Source: Verrucomicrobiaceae bacterium
Lineage (GTDB): Bacteria > Verrucomicrobiota > Verrucomicrobiia > Verrucomicrobiales > Verrucomicrobiaceae
NCBI GenBank assembly: GCA_027487315.1
Contig: JAIYDW010000062.1
Coordinates: 26,043-90,042 of the forward strand
Direction of reading: 5' to 3'
Length of the DNA: 64,000 nt
Shown piece by piece: positions 9,788 through 21,546 of the stretch. Below the pieces are notes generated by a model. The model was not told the origin of the DNA. It saw only the letters and a list, made by a program, of their open reading frames with translations, and did no database searches. Position 1 is the first letter of the stretch. Each line of letters begins with the position of its first letter. The translations under genes and the position numbers were made by a program.

Positions 9788-10756
9788 CTACGAGGAGGAG
9801 AGGAGTTTGCGGAAGGCTCCGCTGGGGTTGGCGTAGTTCGGGTAGGCGGGGTCGGGGTTTTCGGTGGGGAGGTAGCGCCAGTGTTTGTACATCCACATCC
9901 AGCATTCGGGATGTTCGCGGATGGCTTTTTCGAAATGGTTCCAGACCTGCTGGGTGATGGCGGTGACGTTGTCTTCAGGGGTGGGGCGGATGGCGCTGAA
10001 GATTTGGACGCGATAGGTGCCGTTGGGCCATGGGATGCAGACCCCGGTGATGATTGAGAGGCCTAGTCTCTGGGCGAGCGTGGTGTGGAGGGTGGGGACG
10101 CAGGTTTTGAGTCCGAAGCATTCGATGACGGTGGTGGCGCGACCGGGCTTCATGTTGAGGTCGGTCAGGAGGCCGGCATGGCCCTGGCGTTTGAGGCTCT
10201 TGATGAGGCGGAGCATGGCACCGTCTGAGGAGATCACTTGGTGACCGGAATGCTGACGGAGGGTGGTGAAGATCTCGGTGAGGGCGGGGTTTTTGAAGTC
10301 CTGGGCGACGACGTTGAATTTGATGTCGCGAAAGCCCCAGATGAGGCTGACGAACTCGAAGTTACCGAAGTGAGGGGTGACCCAGATGGCGCCGGTTTCG
10401 CGGGCTTGATTTTCAGCGGCGGGGTCGTCGAGTTGGATTTCGACATGGGACTGCCAATTGGTGCGGGTGAGGCTGCGTGCCCAAAAGAGGTCAATGAAAG
10501 TACGGGCGAAGGTCTGGTAGGAACGGCGAGCGATTTGGGCGCGTTGTTTGGGGGTGTATTGATCACCGAAGGCAACGCGAAGGTTTTCGAGGGCGGTGCG
10601 TCGGCCGCGGGAGTCAAGCCAATAGGCTAAGGTGCCGAAGATTCTCGCGAAAAACAGGATGAGGCTGCGGGGCAGTCGCGGGATGAGCCAGGCGAACGAC
10701 CGGACGAGTTGGGCCTCCAGAAAATATCGAATCCTTTTCACGTTGTCATTTGGCAC
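9788..10756 (-). CDS. LpxL/HtrB-family lipid A (Kdo2-lipid IVA) late acyltransferase-like protein
   Basis: 322 aa with an N-terminal anchor, the acyltransferase motif TPHFGNFE (H-x-G-N-x-E) and family-typical length. Confidence 0.75.
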   Translation of the reverse strand: MPNDNVKRIRYFLEAQLVRSFAWLIPRLPRSLILFFARIFGTLAYWLDSRGRRTALENLRVAFGDQYTPKQRAQIARRSYQTFARTFIDLFWARSLTRTNWQSHVEIQLDDPAAENQARETGAIWVTPHFGNFEFVSLIWGFRDIKFNVVAQDFKNPALTEIFTTLRQHSGHQVISSDGAMLRLIKSLKRQGHAGLLTDLNMKPGRATTVIECFGLKTCVPTLHTTLAQRLGLSIITGVCIPWPNGTYRVQIFSAIRPTPEDNVTAITQQVWNHFEKAIREHPECWMWMYKHWRYLPTENPDPAYPNYANPSGAFRKLLSSS

Positions 10757-10782
10757 TTGGTTAAATCGCGGTAGGTTGGAGG

Positions 10783-11775
10783 ATGCCAGTGCCGACCCTG
10801 ACGACGATTCTCAAGCGCATCTTGAAGCAGCCTACTGCACCTTTCCACGAATACCATGTGAGGGGTGAAATCCAGAACATTTTGGAAGGCTGTCCTCATG
10901 TGAAGACGAAAGTGGACAAGTTTGGAAATCTTTTGGTGACCTACAAGAATGGGAAGCGGAAAAGCCGTGAGCCGTGGGTGTTAGGGGCGCATATGGATCA
11001 TCCGGGGTTTGTGAAGAATCCGGCGAGCAAGGGTGAGTGGGAGTTTTTGGGCGGGGTGCCGAGGGTGGAGGTTGAAGCGGGGGTCAAGGCGGGATTGCGG
11101 AAGATCAAAGGTGAGATCGGGACCTGGAACTTTCCGGTGAAGATCAGTGCGGAGAAGATCGAGGCGGCGGCGTGTGATGATTTGGTGGGATGTGCGATCA
11201 TTTTGGCGGTGATCTGGGATCTGGCGAGTTTGGACATGGAAACGACGTTTCATGCGGCGTTTACCCGTGCGGAAGAGGTGGGATTCCTGGGGGCGTGGCA
11301 AGTGGGGCAGAAGTGGCCTTATCCTGAGGATGCGGTGTTTGTTTCGGTGGAGACGAGTCGGCCGGTGAATGGTTCGGTGATGGGGGGGGGGCCGATTGTG
11401 CGGGTGGGAGATCGACTTTCGGTTTTTGACGGTGAGGCTGTGGCGGCGCTGACATTGACGGCGGCGGAGCAGGGGTTGAGGGTGCAGCGCTGTTTGCTGG
11501 ATGCGGGAGCGTGCGAGGCGAGTGCGATGCAGGCGTGTGGTCGGCGTAGCGTGGGTGTGTCGGTGCCTTTGGGCAATTATCACAACATGGATGAGACGAA
11601 GAAGCTTGCGGCGGAATATGTGATGATGGAAGACGTGAAGTCGATGGTCAATCTGCTGAAGGCGTTGGTGGCGACCGGGCGTGAGGGGATTGAGGTCAGG
11701 ACGATTGCAGAGCGGGTGGAGTTGAAGATGAGTGACTATGCCGCTCACTTGAAGGCCGGGAACAAGGAGTTTTAG
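10783..11775 (+). CDS. M42 family metallopeptidase (aminopeptidase / FrvX-like)
   Basis: LGAHMDHPGF metal-binding motif, ...FTRAEEVGFLGA..., 330 aa. Confidence 0.75.
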   Translation: MPVPTLTTILKRILKQPTAPFHEYHVRGEIQNILEGCPHVKTKVDKFGNLLVTYKNGKRKSREPWVLGAHMDHPGFVKNPASKGEWEFLGGVPRVEVEAGVKAGLRKIKGEIGTWNFPVKISAEKIEAAACDDLVGCAIILAVIWDLASLDMETTFHAAFTRAEEVGFLGAWQVGQKWPYPEDAVFVSVETSRPVNGSVMGGGPIVRVGDRLSVFDGEAVAALTLTAAEQGLRVQRCLLDAGACEASAMQACGRRSVGVSVPLGNYHNMDETKKLAAEYVMMEDVKSMVNLLKALVATGREGIEVRTIAERVELKMSDYAAHLKAGNKEF

Positions 11776-11848
11776 GGATCCCGCAGCGATCCTATTGAAT
11801 CCCGGCTTGCGTGTTGGCTGGGGCGGGGTTTGGTGACAGCTCCCTTTT

Positions 11849-14419
11849 ATGAGCAGCGACCAACGCAGACCGTTCCCCTTCGACGAATTTGAGCCGAAAT
11901 GGCAAGACCAGTGGGAGGGCGCACAAGCCTTCCGGACACCGAATCCGGGAGATGCTGATTTTGATGCTTCCAAGCCGAAGTATTATGTCCTGGACATGTT
12001 TCCTTACCCGAGTGGTCAGGGATTGCATGTGGGACATCCGGAGGGGTATACGGCGACGGATATCATTGGGCGGTTCAAGAAGATGTCGGGGTTCAATGTG
12101 CTGCATCCGATGGGATGGGATGCGTTTGGTTTGCCGGCGGAGCAGTATGCCATCAAGACTGGGCAGCATCCGCGGAAGACGACGGAGAAGAACATCGAGG
12201 GATTTCGCGGGCAGTTGAAGCGATTGGGTTTTGCGTATGACTGGAGTCGGGAGGTGAACACGACGGATCCGGGGTATTTCAAGTGGACGCAGTGGATCTT
12301 TTTGAAGTTGTACAACAGTTATGTCGATGAGGTAACGGGCAAGGCGCGGCCGGTGAGCGAGTTGGAGGCGAAGGGGATGAGTCGGGAGGAGATTGATGCG
12401 CGGCGGTTGGCTTACGTGAGTGAGGCGCCGGTGAATTGGTGTCCCGAGTTGGGGACGGTGTTGGCGAATGAGGAAGTGGTGGATGGCAAGAGCGAAGTGG
12501 GTGGGTTTGCCGTGGAGCGGCGGCCGATGCGGCAGTGGATGCTGCGGATCACGGCGTATGCGCAGCGGTTGATTGATGAGTTGGATGGGCTGGACTGGCC
12601 TGAGAGTATTCGATTGCTTCAGCGCAACTGGATCGGGCGGAGTGAGGGGGCGCACGTGACGTTCAAGATCGCGGATTTTGAGCGGGAGGTGACGGTTTTC
12701 ACGACGCGGCCGGACACGTTATTTGGGGCGACCTACATGGTGTTGGCTCCGGAGCATACTTTGGTGAGCGAGATCACGACGGCTGAACAGCGTGGGGAGG
12801 TTGAGGTGTATCAACGGACGGTGATGTCAAAGTCAGACTTGGAGCGAACCGAGTTGGCGAAGGAGAAGAGCGGCGTTTTTACCGGGGCGTATGCGATCAA
12901 TCCGGTGAATGGGGAACGGATTCCGATCTGGATCGCGGACTATGTTTTGATGGGTTATGGGACGGGAGCGATCATGGCGGTGCCGGGGCATGATGAGCGG
13001 GACTTTGAGTTTGCCCAAGTGTTCGGATTGCCAGTGAAGCAGGTGGTGCAACCGCCGGAGGGAGTGAAGTGGCAGGGGTTTACGGATGATGGCGTGGCGG
13101 TGAACTCGGGATTTTTGGATGGTTTGTCGACTGCGGAGGCCAAGGTGCAGATGGCGGATTGGTTGGAGGAGAAAGGGGTGGGTCGAGGGACGGTGAATTA
13201 CAAGCTGCGCGACTGGTTGTTCAGTCGGCAGCGGTATTGGGGGGAGCCGTTCCCGATTGTTTGGGAGGATGGGAGTCATCGGGCCGTGGCGGACAGTGAG
13301 TTGCCGGTGGTGCCACCGGAGATGGAGGACTTCAAGCCGACGGGAACGCCGGAACCGCCGTTGTCGAAGGCGACGGACTGGGTGCGTTACTCGGAGACGG
13401 CGAGGCGGGAACTGAACACGATGCCGCAGTGGGCGGGATCGTGCTGGTATTACCTGCGTTATTGTGATGCGGCGAACACTGAGCGGTTCGTGAGTGAGGA
13501 GGCGGAGCGCTATTGGATGGGTGGAGGCAAGCCGGGCGGGGTGGATTTGTATGTGGGTGGGACGGAGCATGCGGTGCTGCATTTGTTGTATGCCCGGTTT
13601 TGGCACAAGGTGCTGTTTGATCTCGGGTTTGTGAGCACGCCGGAGCCGTTTCAGCGGCTGGTGAATCAGGGATTGATTATGGGAGAGGACGGACAGAAGA
13701 TGTCGAAGAGCCGGGGGAATGTGGTGAATCCTGACGATGTGGTGGCGGAGTATGGAGCGGATTCGTTGCGCCTTTACGAGATGTTCATGGGGCCTCTGGA
13801 ACAGGTGAAGCCTTGGAGCATGAAGGGGGTGGAGGGGGTGCATCGATTCCTGGCGCGAGTGTGGCGGGTGGTGATGGAGCAAGATCAGGCGGGGGAATGG
13901 GTGATTTCCAGTCAGTTGCAGGATGTGGCGCCGGAGAAGAAGCTGACCAAGGTGCTGCATGAGACGATCAAGAAATGCGGGGAGGACATTGAGAAATTGA
14001 GCTTCAACACGGCGATCAGTCAGATGATGATTTTGACCAATGCGCTGACGCAGAGTGAGGTGAGGCCGGCGAGTGTGGTGGGGATTTTCCTGCGGGTGTT
14101 GAGTCCGTTTGCGCCGCATGTGGCGGAGGAGTTGAACGCGCTTTTGAGGGGCGTGTTCCCGGAGAAGGCGGCTGCTGGGTTTGTGGCGGATTCGGCATGG
14201 CCCGTGTTTGATCCTGCGGCGCTGGTGGAGGACGAGGTGGAGATCGTGTTTCAGGTCAACGGCAAGCTGAGGGACAAAGCTGTTGTGCCGGTGGGCGCTG
14301 CGAAGGAAGAAGTGGAGAAGATTGCCTTAGCGAGCGCCAGGGTGCAGGAGTTCATGGAAGGGAAGCCGGTGAAGAAGATCATCGTGGTTCCCGGCAAGTT
14401 GGTGAATGTGGTGGTGTGA
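11849..14419 (+). CDS. leuS: Leucine--tRNA ligase
   Basis: 856 aa with class I motifs HVGHPEGY (HIGH) and QKMSKSRGN (KMSKS), plus full-length LeuS similarity. Confidence 0.97.
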   Translation: MSSDQRRPFPFDEFEPKWQDQWEGAQAFRTPNPGDADFDASKPKYYVLDMFPYPSGQGLHVGHPEGYTATDIIGRFKKMSGFNVLHPMGWDAFGLPAEQYAIKTGQHPRKTTEKNIEGFRGQLKRLGFAYDWSREVNTTDPGYFKWTQWIFLKLYNSYVDEVTGKARPVSELEAKGMSREEIDARRLAYVSEAPVNWCPELGTVLANEEVVDGKSEVGGFAVERRPMRQWMLRITAYAQRLIDELDGLDWPESIRLLQRNWIGRSEGAHVTFKIADFEREVTVFTTRPDTLFGATYMVLAPEHTLVSEITTAEQRGEVEVYQRTVMSKSDLERTELAKEKSGVFTGAYAINPVNGERIPIWIADYVLMGYGTGAIMAVPGHDERDFEFAQVFGLPVKQVVQPPEGVKWQGFTDDGVAVNSGFLDGLSTAEAKVQMADWLEEKGVGRGTVNYKLRDWLFSRQRYWGEPFPIVWEDGSHRAVADSELPVVPPEMEDFKPTGTPEPPLSKATDWVRYSETARRELNTMPQWAGSCWYYLRYCDAANTERFVSEEAERYWMGGGKPGGVDLYVGGTEHAVLHLLYARFWHKVLFDLGFVSTPEPFQRLVNQGLIMGEDGQKMSKSRGNVVNPDDVVAEYGADSLRLYEMFMGPLEQVKPWSMKGVEGVHRFLARVWRVVMEQDQAGEWVISSQLQDVAPEKKLTKVLHETIKKCGEDIEKLSFNTAISQMMILTNALTQSEVRPASVVGIFLRVLSPFAPHVAEELNALLRGVFPEKAAAGFVADSAWPVFDPAALVEDEVEIVFQVNGKLRDKAVVPVGAAKEEVEKIALASARVQEFMEGKPVKKIIVVPGKLVNVVV

Positions 14420-14425
14420 TGCGTC

Positions 14426-15496
14426 ATGCACCTAGCGATCCTGCATTACACGAAGCCGCCTGTGGTGGGTGGTGTGGAGCGTGTTGTGGGGGAGCAGGCG
14501 CGGGCGATGGAGCAGTTGGGTTGGACGGTCTGCGTGTTCGGTGCGGCTGAGCGTGAGGTGTTCCGGAGAAGACTGGAAGAGGGTGGGTTTGATGCGGTGA
14601 TCGTGCACAATGTGTTCACGATGCCGTTTGATTTGGCTTGGACGAGGGAGTTGACCGGACTGGCGGAGAAGAGCGTCGGGGTGTGTTGGGTGAATTGGGT
14701 GCACGACGTGGCTGCTGTGAATCCTGCGTATGCGGAGGCTGGATGGGATGAGCCTGCGCCGAAAGCGATTGATGTGGCGGTGTCGAACCTGAGGGCGCGA
14801 GAATGGGCGGGGGTGGCGGGAAAAAGGGTGGATGAGATCGTGGTGATTCCCAACGGGGTGGATGCAGGGAGTGTTTTGGGATTGACTGAGCGGGTGGGGC
14901 GACTGGCAGATGTGCGGAAGTTGTGGGGGAGTGATCTCAACTTGTTACAACCTGCGAGGCTGGTGAGGAGGAAGAATGTGGAGCTTGGGGTCGGGTTGAT
15001 CGCGAGTCTTCGGGACCGTGGGGTTGAGGCGAGACTGATTGTCACGGGAGCGCCGGATCCGCATCAAGCCGATGGAAGGCGCTATTTTGAGGAACTGAAG
15101 GGATTGACCGAGAAGCTTGGAGTGGAGCAGCAGGTGGTGTTTGGGGGAGAGGAAAGTGAGCTGGGTCATGATGACCTGAGAAGCCTCTATGCCTTATGTG
15201 ACGGGTTGTTTTTTCCCAGTTGGAGCGAAGGGTTTGGATTGCCATTGCTGGAGGCGAAGCTGCATCGATTGGCGATTTGGTGCAGCGATTTGCCGGCGCA
15301 TCGCGAGGTGATGGGGATGGCGGCGCATTGGTTTGAGCCGCAGGTCGGGGCGGAAGAATTGGGGGATAGGATGGCGAACTGGTGTCGAACGGATGAGTGG
15401 CTGCTAGGGCGCCGGCGGATTTGGCGAGAGCATGACTGGGGCTGGCTGTGTAAAGAACGGCTTGTGCCTTTGCTCCAGGCGGGTATCGAAGGGTAA
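14426..15496 (+). CDS. GT4-family (GT-B, retaining) glycosyltransferase
   Basis: HYTKPPVVGGVERVV N-terminus and the E-x7-E motif SWSEGFGLPLLEA. It starts 6 nt after leuS, and its stop overlaps the glgB start (TAATG). Confidence 0.8.
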   Translation: MHLAILHYTKPPVVGGVERVVGEQARAMEQLGWTVCVFGAAEREVFRRRLEEGGFDAVIVHNVFTMPFDLAWTRELTGLAEKSVGVCWVNWVHDVAAVNPAYAEAGWDEPAPKAIDVAVSNLRAREWAGVAGKRVDEIVVIPNGVDAGSVLGLTERVGRLADVRKLWGSDLNLLQPARLVRRKNVELGVGLIASLRDRGVEARLIVTGAPDPHQADGRRYFEELKGLTEKLGVEQQVVFGGEESELGHDDLRSLYALCDGLFFPSWSEGFGLPLLEAKLHRLAIWCSDLPAHREVMGMAAHWFEPQVGAEELGDRMANWCRTDEWLLGRRRIWREHDWGWLCKERLVPLLQAGIEG

Positions 15497-17691
15497 TGAC
15501 TCGGAATCTTTCTCCACAGCCTGAAGTTCTCGCCCTGTTGGAAGCACGTCACGGAAACTCGTTTGGGTTTCTGGGGAGGCAGAGGCTAGGGGATGGGCGA
15601 GCGGTGGCGCGGACTTTTCAACCGACGGCCCTGCGGGCGTGGTTCTGGCATGAGGGGGCGACGGACGGAGTGGAGGCCGAGAAGGCGCACCATTATGGGT
15701 TGTTTGAGTTGCTGTTAACTGAAGAACAAATGGGGGGGCGATATGAGTGGGAGTATGAGTCGTTTGAAGGGCATCGTTGGCGGGTGAGAGATCCTTATTC
15801 GTTCGGACCGCTGTTGGGCGAGCAGGACATGTATTACTTTCGTGAAGGCACGCATCGACGGTTGTATGACTGTCTGGGTGCGCATCCCAAGACGCTGGAT
15901 GGTGTGGCTGGAATGCAGTTTGCGGTGTGGGCGCCGAATGCGCGACGGGTGAGTGTGGTGGGGGATTTCAATCAGTGGGATGGGCGAGTGAACCCGATGC
16001 GGTTGAGGATTGAATCGGGCATTTGGGAGATTTTTTTGCCGGGAGTTGGGGCGGGGGCGCACTACAAGTTTGAGGTCTTGAATGCTGAAGGGCATCCTGT
16101 AACGAAGAGCGATCCGTTTGCCTTTTTCTCTCAACATGGGACGCAGACGGCGAGCCTGACTTTTGATTTGGAGCAGTATGCCTGGAGTGACGGGGAGTGG
16201 ATGATGGAGCGGAGGAATCGGAATTTGTATGCGTCCGCGATGAGCATTTATGAGGTGCATCCTGGATCGTGGAAGCGGGTGCCGCATGAGGACAATCGCT
16301 GGCAAACGTGGGGAGAGATGGCGGATGATTTGATTCCGTATGTGACAAGTCTTGGTTTCACTCACATTGAGCTCATGGGGATGTCCGAGCATCCTTTTGA
16401 TGGCTCCTGGGGGTATCAGGTGACGGGTTATTACGCTCCGACAAGCCGGTTTGGGAATCCGGATGAGTTCCGCGGGTTTGTGGATCGGTGTCACCAGGTG
16501 GGGTTGGGTGTGATTTTGGATTGGGTGCCAGGGCATTTCCCCAAGGATTCGCATGGGTTGGCGCAGTTTGATGGTACGGCGCTTTTTGAGCATGCGGATC
16601 CGAGGCAGGGAGAGCATCAGGACTGGGGGACGTTGATCTTCAACTATGGGCGCAATGAGGTGCGGAATTTTCTCGTGGCGAACGCATTGTTCTGGCTGAA
16701 GGAATATCACATCGATGGCCTGCGTGTGGATGCGGTGGCGTCGATGTTGTACCTGGATTATTCCCGCAATGAAGGTGAGTGGGTGCCGAATGCGTTTGGG
16801 GGAAGGGAGAACCTGGATGCGATCGCATTCATGAAGGAGTTGAACCGGGTTTGTTACGAAGAGAATCCCGGGACGACGATCATCGCGGAGGAAAGCACGG
16901 CGTGGCCGGGTGTGTCGAAGCCTGTGGATTCGGGTGGGTTGGGTTTTGGCTTCAAGTGGAACATGGGGTGGATGAATGACACGCTGAGTTACATGGAGCA
17001 TGAGCCGGTGCACCGGAAGTATCACCATGGTGAGGCGACTTTTTCGATGTTGTATGCCTATGACGAGAACTTCATTTTGGTGCTGAGCCATGACGAGGTG
17101 GTGCACGGCAAGGGATCGATGATCAACAAGATGCCGGGGGATCGGTGGCAGAAGTTTGCGAACTTACGGATGTTCTATGCCTGGATGTGGGCGCATCCGG
17201 GGAAGAAGCTGTTGTTCATGGGGGGAGAGTTCGGGCAATGGAACGAATGGAGTCACGAACGGAGTCTTGATTGGCATTTGTTCTTGGGGGCGGAACATGC
17301 CGGACTGCAAAAGCTGGTTGGGACGCTCAATCATTTGTACACGGGGCATCCGGCATTGCATGAGAGGTGCCATCAGGCGGGCGGTTTCCAGTGGTTGGAT
17401 GCGAATGATGCGGATGGGAGCCTGTTTGTGTTTGTGCGCTTGGCGCCGAGCGGGGAGAAGGTTTACGTGGTGGTGAATGCAACACCGGTGCCGCGGAAGG
17501 GCTATCGGATGGGGGTGGCGGAGTCGGGTGTTTACCGTGAGTTGTTGAATACGGATGCGGGTGAGTTTGGCGGATCCAATGTGCTGAATGTGCCCGCGAT
17601 GTTGTCGACGCCGGGGGAATGGCAACAGCAGCCGCATAGTGTGATGCTGGATGTGCCGCCGCTGGGGGCGGTTTATCTGGGGAAGATCTGA
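15496..17691 (+). CDS. glgB: 1,4-alpha-glucan branching enzyme
   Basis: 731 aa with GH13 catalytic regions (DGLRVDAV, ...IAEEST..., LSHDEVVHGK). Confidence 0.95.
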   Translation: MTRNLSPQPEVLALLEARHGNSFGFLGRQRLGDGRAVARTFQPTALRAWFWHEGATDGVEAEKAHHYGLFELLLTEEQMGGRYEWEYESFEGHRWRVRDPYSFGPLLGEQDMYYFREGTHRRLYDCLGAHPKTLDGVAGMQFAVWAPNARRVSVVGDFNQWDGRVNPMRLRIESGIWEIFLPGVGAGAHYKFEVLNAEGHPVTKSDPFAFFSQHGTQTASLTFDLEQYAWSDGEWMMERRNRNLYASAMSIYEVHPGSWKRVPHEDNRWQTWGEMADDLIPYVTSLGFTHIELMGMSEHPFDGSWGYQVTGYYAPTSRFGNPDEFRGFVDRCHQVGLGVILDWVPGHFPKDSHGLAQFDGTALFEHADPRQGEHQDWGTLIFNYGRNEVRNFLVANALFWLKEYHIDGLRVDAVASMLYLDYSRNEGEWVPNAFGGRENLDAIAFMKELNRVCYEENPGTTIIAEESTAWPGVSKPVDSGGLGFGFKWNMGWMNDTLSYMEHEPVHRKYHHGEATFSMLYAYDENFILVLSHDEVVHGKGSMINKMPGDRWQKFANLRMFYAWMWAHPGKKLLFMGGEFGQWNEWSHERSLDWHLFLGAEHAGLQKLVGTLNHLYTGHPALHERCHQAGGFQWLDANDADGSLFVFVRLAPSGEKVYVVVNATPVPRKGYRMGVAESGVYRELLNTDAGEFGGSNVLNVPAMLSTPGEWQQQPHSVMLDVPPLGAVYLGKI

Positions 17692-17700
17692 AATGAACAC

Positions 17701-17742
17701 AAAAAACCTGAACCGTGTTGCCAAGGGAGGCTAGCGGTTCAG
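17701..17742 (-). terminator. Rho-independent terminator after clpC
   Basis: 9-bp stem CCTGAACCG / CGGTTCAGG (17707-17715 / 17734-17742). On the minus strand it is followed by TTTTTT (complement of 17701-17706). Confidence 0.7.
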
Positions 17743-17762
17743 GTGATTTGAAGTGAAGACGT

Positions 17763-20309
17763 CTAGGAGGCGTCGGAAGTGCTTTCGGCGGGTTCGGCGT
17801 CTTCGGTTACGCGAGCGTCGGTGGTGAATTTGAGGCCTTTGCCTTCTTCATTGGCGATGACCTGGACGCGGTCACCGGCTTTGACGTCGCCACGGAGGAC
17901 GTGTTCGGCGAGGGGGTCTTCGATGTGTTTCTCAACGGCACGACGCATGGGGCGCGCGCCGTATTGAGGATCGTAGCCCTCCTTCATGAGGAACTCGCGA
18001 GCGGTTTGGTCGAGCACGAGTTCGATCTTCTTGTGGCGAAGGCGGGTGAGGACCTTGCTGACTTCGAGATCGACGATGCTGGTGAGTTCGGTCTTCTCAA
18101 GCATGTGGAAGACGACGATGTCATCCAGGCGATTGAGGAACTCTGGTTTGAAGAATTTTTTGGCGTGTTCGCCAATTTTACCCTTCATGCCATCGTGATC
18201 GGCTGAGTCCTGGGCCATGGCGCCGAAACCGAGGGAGGTTTGGCGTTTGATGGATTCGGCTCCGATGTTGGAGGTGAGGATGACGATGGTATTGCGGAAG
18301 TCGATCTTGCGTCCGAAGTTGTCGGTGACCTGGCCTTCTTCGAGGATTTGAAGGAGGAGGTGCATGACATCCGGGTGGGCTTTTTCGACTTCGTCGAAGA
18401 GCACGACGGAGTAGGGGCGGCGGCGGACGGCCTCGGAGAGTTGGCCGCCTTCTTCATAACCGACGTATCCGGGAGGGGCTCCGATGAGGCGGCTGGCGGT
18501 GTGCTTCTCCATGTACTCGGACATGTCGAGTTGGATCAAGGCATCCGCGCTGCCGAACATGAATTCGGCGAGGTTTTTGGCCAAGAAGGTTTTGCCGACG
18601 CCGGTGGGGCCGAGGAAGAGGAAGGAGCCGATCGGGCGGCGTGGATCCTTGAGGTCGGCGCGGGAGCGGCGGAGGGCTTTCGAGATGGCGATGACGGCTT
18701 CGTCCTGGCCGATGACACGGCTTTTGAGTTCGGCCTCCATTTTGAGGAGCTTCTCGGCTTCGGCCTGTTCCATGCGTTGAAGGGGAACGCCGGTCCATTT
18801 GGCGATGACGGACATGATTTCGTCCTCATCGACGTCGACGGTTTTTTCCTGGCTGGCATTGCGCCAGGTCTCGAGGAGGCCATCGAAGCGTTTTTTGGCC
18901 TGCTTTTCCTTGTCGCGAAGGTGGGCGGCTTTTTCGAAGTCCTGCTCGCGGATGGCTTCCTCTTTTTCGATCCGGATGGTTTCGATTTCTTCCTCAATGC
19001 CCTTGAGTTCGGGTGGGCGGGTCATGGCGGCGATGCGGGCTTTGGAGCCGGCTTCGTCCATGATGTCAATGGCCTTGTCAGGGAGGAAACGGGAAGGGAG
19101 GTAGCGGGAGGAGAGTTCGACGGCAGCGACGATGGCCTTCTCGGTAAAGCGGGCCTTGTGGTGCATTTCGTATTTGCTCTTCAAGCCGCGAAGGATCTTG
19201 ATGGCGTCTTCGATGGAGGGTTCCTCGACTTTGACGATTTGGAAGCGGCGTTCGAGAGCGGCGTCTTTTTCGATGTATTTGCGATACTCGTTGAGGGTGG
19301 TGGCGCCGACGCACTGGAGTTCACCGCGTGAGAGGGCGGGCTTGATGATGTTGGAGGCATCCATGGCGCCTTCAGCGGAGCCTGCGCCGACGATGGTGTG
19401 GAGTTCGTCGATGAAGAGGATGACGTTTTTGTTGCGACGGATTTCGTCCATCACGGCTTTGATGCGCTCTTCGAATTGGCCGCGGTATTTGGTGCCAGCG
19501 ACCATGAGGGCGAGGTCGAGGGTGATGACGCGTTTTTCGCGAAGGATTTCGGGGACATTGCCGATGGCGATTTCCTGGGCGAGGCCTTCGACAATGGCGG
19601 TCTTGCCGACACCGGCTTCACCGATGAGGACAGGATTGTTTTTGGTGCGGCGGCAGAGGATTTGGATGACGCGGGCGATTTCATCCGCACGACCGATGAC
19701 GGGATCGAGTTCGCCTTTTTGGGCGAGTTCGGTGAGGTCGCGACCGAAGGCGCGGAGAGCAGGGGTTTTGCTTTCTTTCTTGGAGCCGGATTGACCGCTG
19801 GGGTCTTTCTCGTTGCCACTGTTGCTGCTGCCTTCTTCGTCTTCGTCCTCGTCTTCATCCTGGCTGGTGAAGTTGGGGTCGAGTTCTTTGAGGATTTCGT
19901 TGCGGGCCTTGTCGAGATTGATGTCGAGGTTGCGGAGGACCTGGGCGGCGACGCCTTCACCTTCGCGGAGGAGGCCGAGGAGGATGTGTTCGGTGCCGAC
20001 GTAGGAGTGATTGAGGGCCTTGGCTTCTTTGGAAGCGAGGGCGAGGACCTTCTTCACGCGAGGGGTGTAAGGGATGTTGCCGACCATTTTGGTCTCGGGG
20101 CCGGAGCCGACCTGTTGCTCCACTTGCATGCGGACGGTTTCGAGATCGAGACCGAGTTTGTGGAGGACATTGACGGCGACGCCCTGGCCGAGTTTGATCA
20201 GGCCGAGCAGGATGTGTTCGGTGCCGACGTAGTTGTGGTTGAACCGATCCGCTTCTTTGCGGGCGAGGGCGAGGACCTGTTGGGCGCGTGGGGTGAAGTT
20301 ATTCATCAT
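17763..20309 (-). CDS. clpC: ATP-dependent Clp protease ATP-binding subunit ClpC
   Basis: Clp_N repeats ([30 protein letters not shown]), two Walker A motifs ([16 protein letters not shown]) and a UVR-like middle motif. The start was moved to ATGATG at 20309/20306, preceded by AGGAG. An acidic low-complexity insert ([13 protein letters not shown]...) follows the N-domain. Confidence 0.93.
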   Translation of the reverse strand: MMNNFTPRAQQVLALARKEADRFNHNYVGTEHILLGLIKLGQGVAVNVLHKLGLDLETVRMQVEQQVGSGPETKMVGNIPYTPRVKKVLALASKEAKALNHSYVGTEHILLGLLREGEGVAAQVLRNLDINLDKARNEILKELDPNFTSQDEDEDEDEEGSSNSGNEKDPSGQSGSKKESKTPALRAFGRDLTELAQKGELDPVIGRADEIARVIQILCRRTKNNPVLIGEAGVGKTAIVEGLAQEIAIGNVPEILREKRVITLDLALMVAGTKYRGQFEERIKAVMDEIRRNKNVILFIDELHTIVGAGSAEGAMDASNIIKPALSRGELQCVGATTLNEYRKYIEKDAALERRFQIVKVEEPSIEDAIKILRGLKSKYEMHHKARFTEKAIVAAVELSSRYLPSRFLPDKAIDIMDEAGSKARIAAMTRPPELKGIEEEIETIRIEKEEAIREQDFEKAAHLRDKEKQAKKRFDGLLETWRNASQEKTVDVDEDEIMSVIAKWTGVPLQRMEQAEAEKLLKMEAELKSRVIGQDEAVIAISKALRRSRADLKDPRRPIGSFLFLGPTGVGKTFLAKNLAEFMFGSADALIQLDMSEYMEKHTASRLIGAPPGYVGYEEGGQLSEAVRRRPYSVVLFDEVEKAHPDVMHLLLQILEEGQVTDNFGRKIDFRNTIVILTSNIGAESIKRQTSLGFGAMAQDSADHDGMKGKIGEHAKKFFKPEFLNRLDDIVVFHMLEKTELTSIVDLEVSKVLTRLRHKKIELVLDQTAREFLMKEGYDPQYGARPMRRAVEKHIEDPLAEHVLRGDVKAGDRVQVIANEEGKGLKFTTDARVTEDAEPAESTSDAS

Positions 20310-21429
20310 TAGTCTCCTGGAATGAGCCTCCAGTTGGGGGTGGGGATTCGCTATGGGATACGTTAACGGGGGGGGCAATGGATTGCAACCTTAGGCGGGT
20401 GATTTCCGCGCGCATGATGTCGCGTTCATCAGGGGTGAGTTCCCTTTCGGCCTGGAGTTGGAGGTGGGCGGGTTGAATTTCGAGAAGGAGCATGTCGAGG
20501 AGGCCGCGGTCGCAGTCGGGGACGATGTCGAGATCGGCGCCGAGGCGGAGGAGGGAGAGGAGATTGAGGGCTTCCTTGGAGCTGAGAATGTGGGCATGGC
20601 GGAGGATGGCGTAGGCGCGACCGATTTGGTCCCGGAGGTGCGTTGGGCTATCTTCTTTGAGCTTGGCCCGTGCCATGTTTTCAGAACGAACCACGCCTTC
20701 GATGACTTTTTCGATTTGGGCGATGATTTCGGACTCTTTTTCTCCCAGGGTGTGCTGGTTGGAGATTTGGAAGAGGTTGCCGAGGGCTTCGGTGCCTTCG
20801 CCATAGAGACCGCGGACGGCGAGGCCGATTTTGCCGACAGCTTTCACGACCTGGCTGATTTGGTCGGTGAGGACGAGGGCGGGGAGGTGAAGCATTACCG
20901 AGGCGCGCATGCCGGTGCCGAGGTTGGTGGGGCAGGCGGTGAGGTAGCCGAAACGGGAGCTGAAGGCGTAGGCAAGTTCTTGCTCGAGTTCGGTATCGAC
21001 CTGATCGACGAGGGCGAAGGCGCTGCGGAGGTTGAGGCCGGCGCGGATGCCCTGGATGCGGAAGTGATCCTCCTCATTGATCATGATGGAGATGGACTGT
21101 TTGCGATCCACAACGACGCCACAGCCGGTGGAGCGAGCGGCGTGTTCGCGGCTGATGAGGTGGCGTTCGACAAGGACTTGCTTGCGGATTTTGGAGAGAT
21201 TGACGTATTCGTCGCTGAACCCATCCTTCATTTCAGGGAGGGCTTCGACGACGGATCGGACATTGGCGAGGAGGTCGACGCGTTGTTGTTCCTGGGAGAA
21301 GCCAGGGAAGGGGTAGTCCCTGAGGTTCCGGGCGAGGCGGACCCTTGAGGTCATGACGATCTCCGAATGCGGACCGCTGCCGCGCATCCAGTCGGCAGGG
21401 TTTTTGATGAGGGTGGAGAAACGCATCAT
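20299..21429 (-). CDS. mcsB: Protein arginine kinase McsB (ATP:guanido phosphotransferase)
   Basis: VMTSRVRLARNLRDYPF, NEEDHFRIQ and a phosphagen-kinase C-domain. Its 3' end overlaps the clpC start by 11 nt. Confidence 0.9.
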   Translation of the reverse strand: MMRFSTLIKNPADWMRGSGPHSEIVMTSRVRLARNLRDYPFPGFSQEQQRVDLLANVRSVVEALPEMKDGFSDEYVNLSKIRKQVLVERHLISREHAARSTGCGVVVDRKQSISIMINEEDHFRIQGIRAGLNLRSAFALVDQVDTELEQELAYAFSSRFGYLTACPTNLGTGMRASVMLHLPALVLTDQISQVVKAVGKIGLAVRGLYGEGTEALGNLFQISNQHTLGEKESEIIAQIEKVIEGVVRSENMARAKLKEDSPTHLRDQIGRAYAILRHAHILSSKEALNLLSLLRLGADLDIVPDCDRGLLDMLLLEIQPAHLQLQAERELTPDERDIMRAEITRLRLQSIAPPVNVSHSESPPPTGGSFQETNDE

Positions 21430-21546
21430 GGCATGCTAGGGGGTATGAGCGCTACGATGGCTAGGCGATGAAGGGAACGCAAGGACGCGTTGGGGACCGA
21501 CTTCGGAGAGTGGGTGAAAAGATGAAGTGGAGGTGTCACAAAAAGT

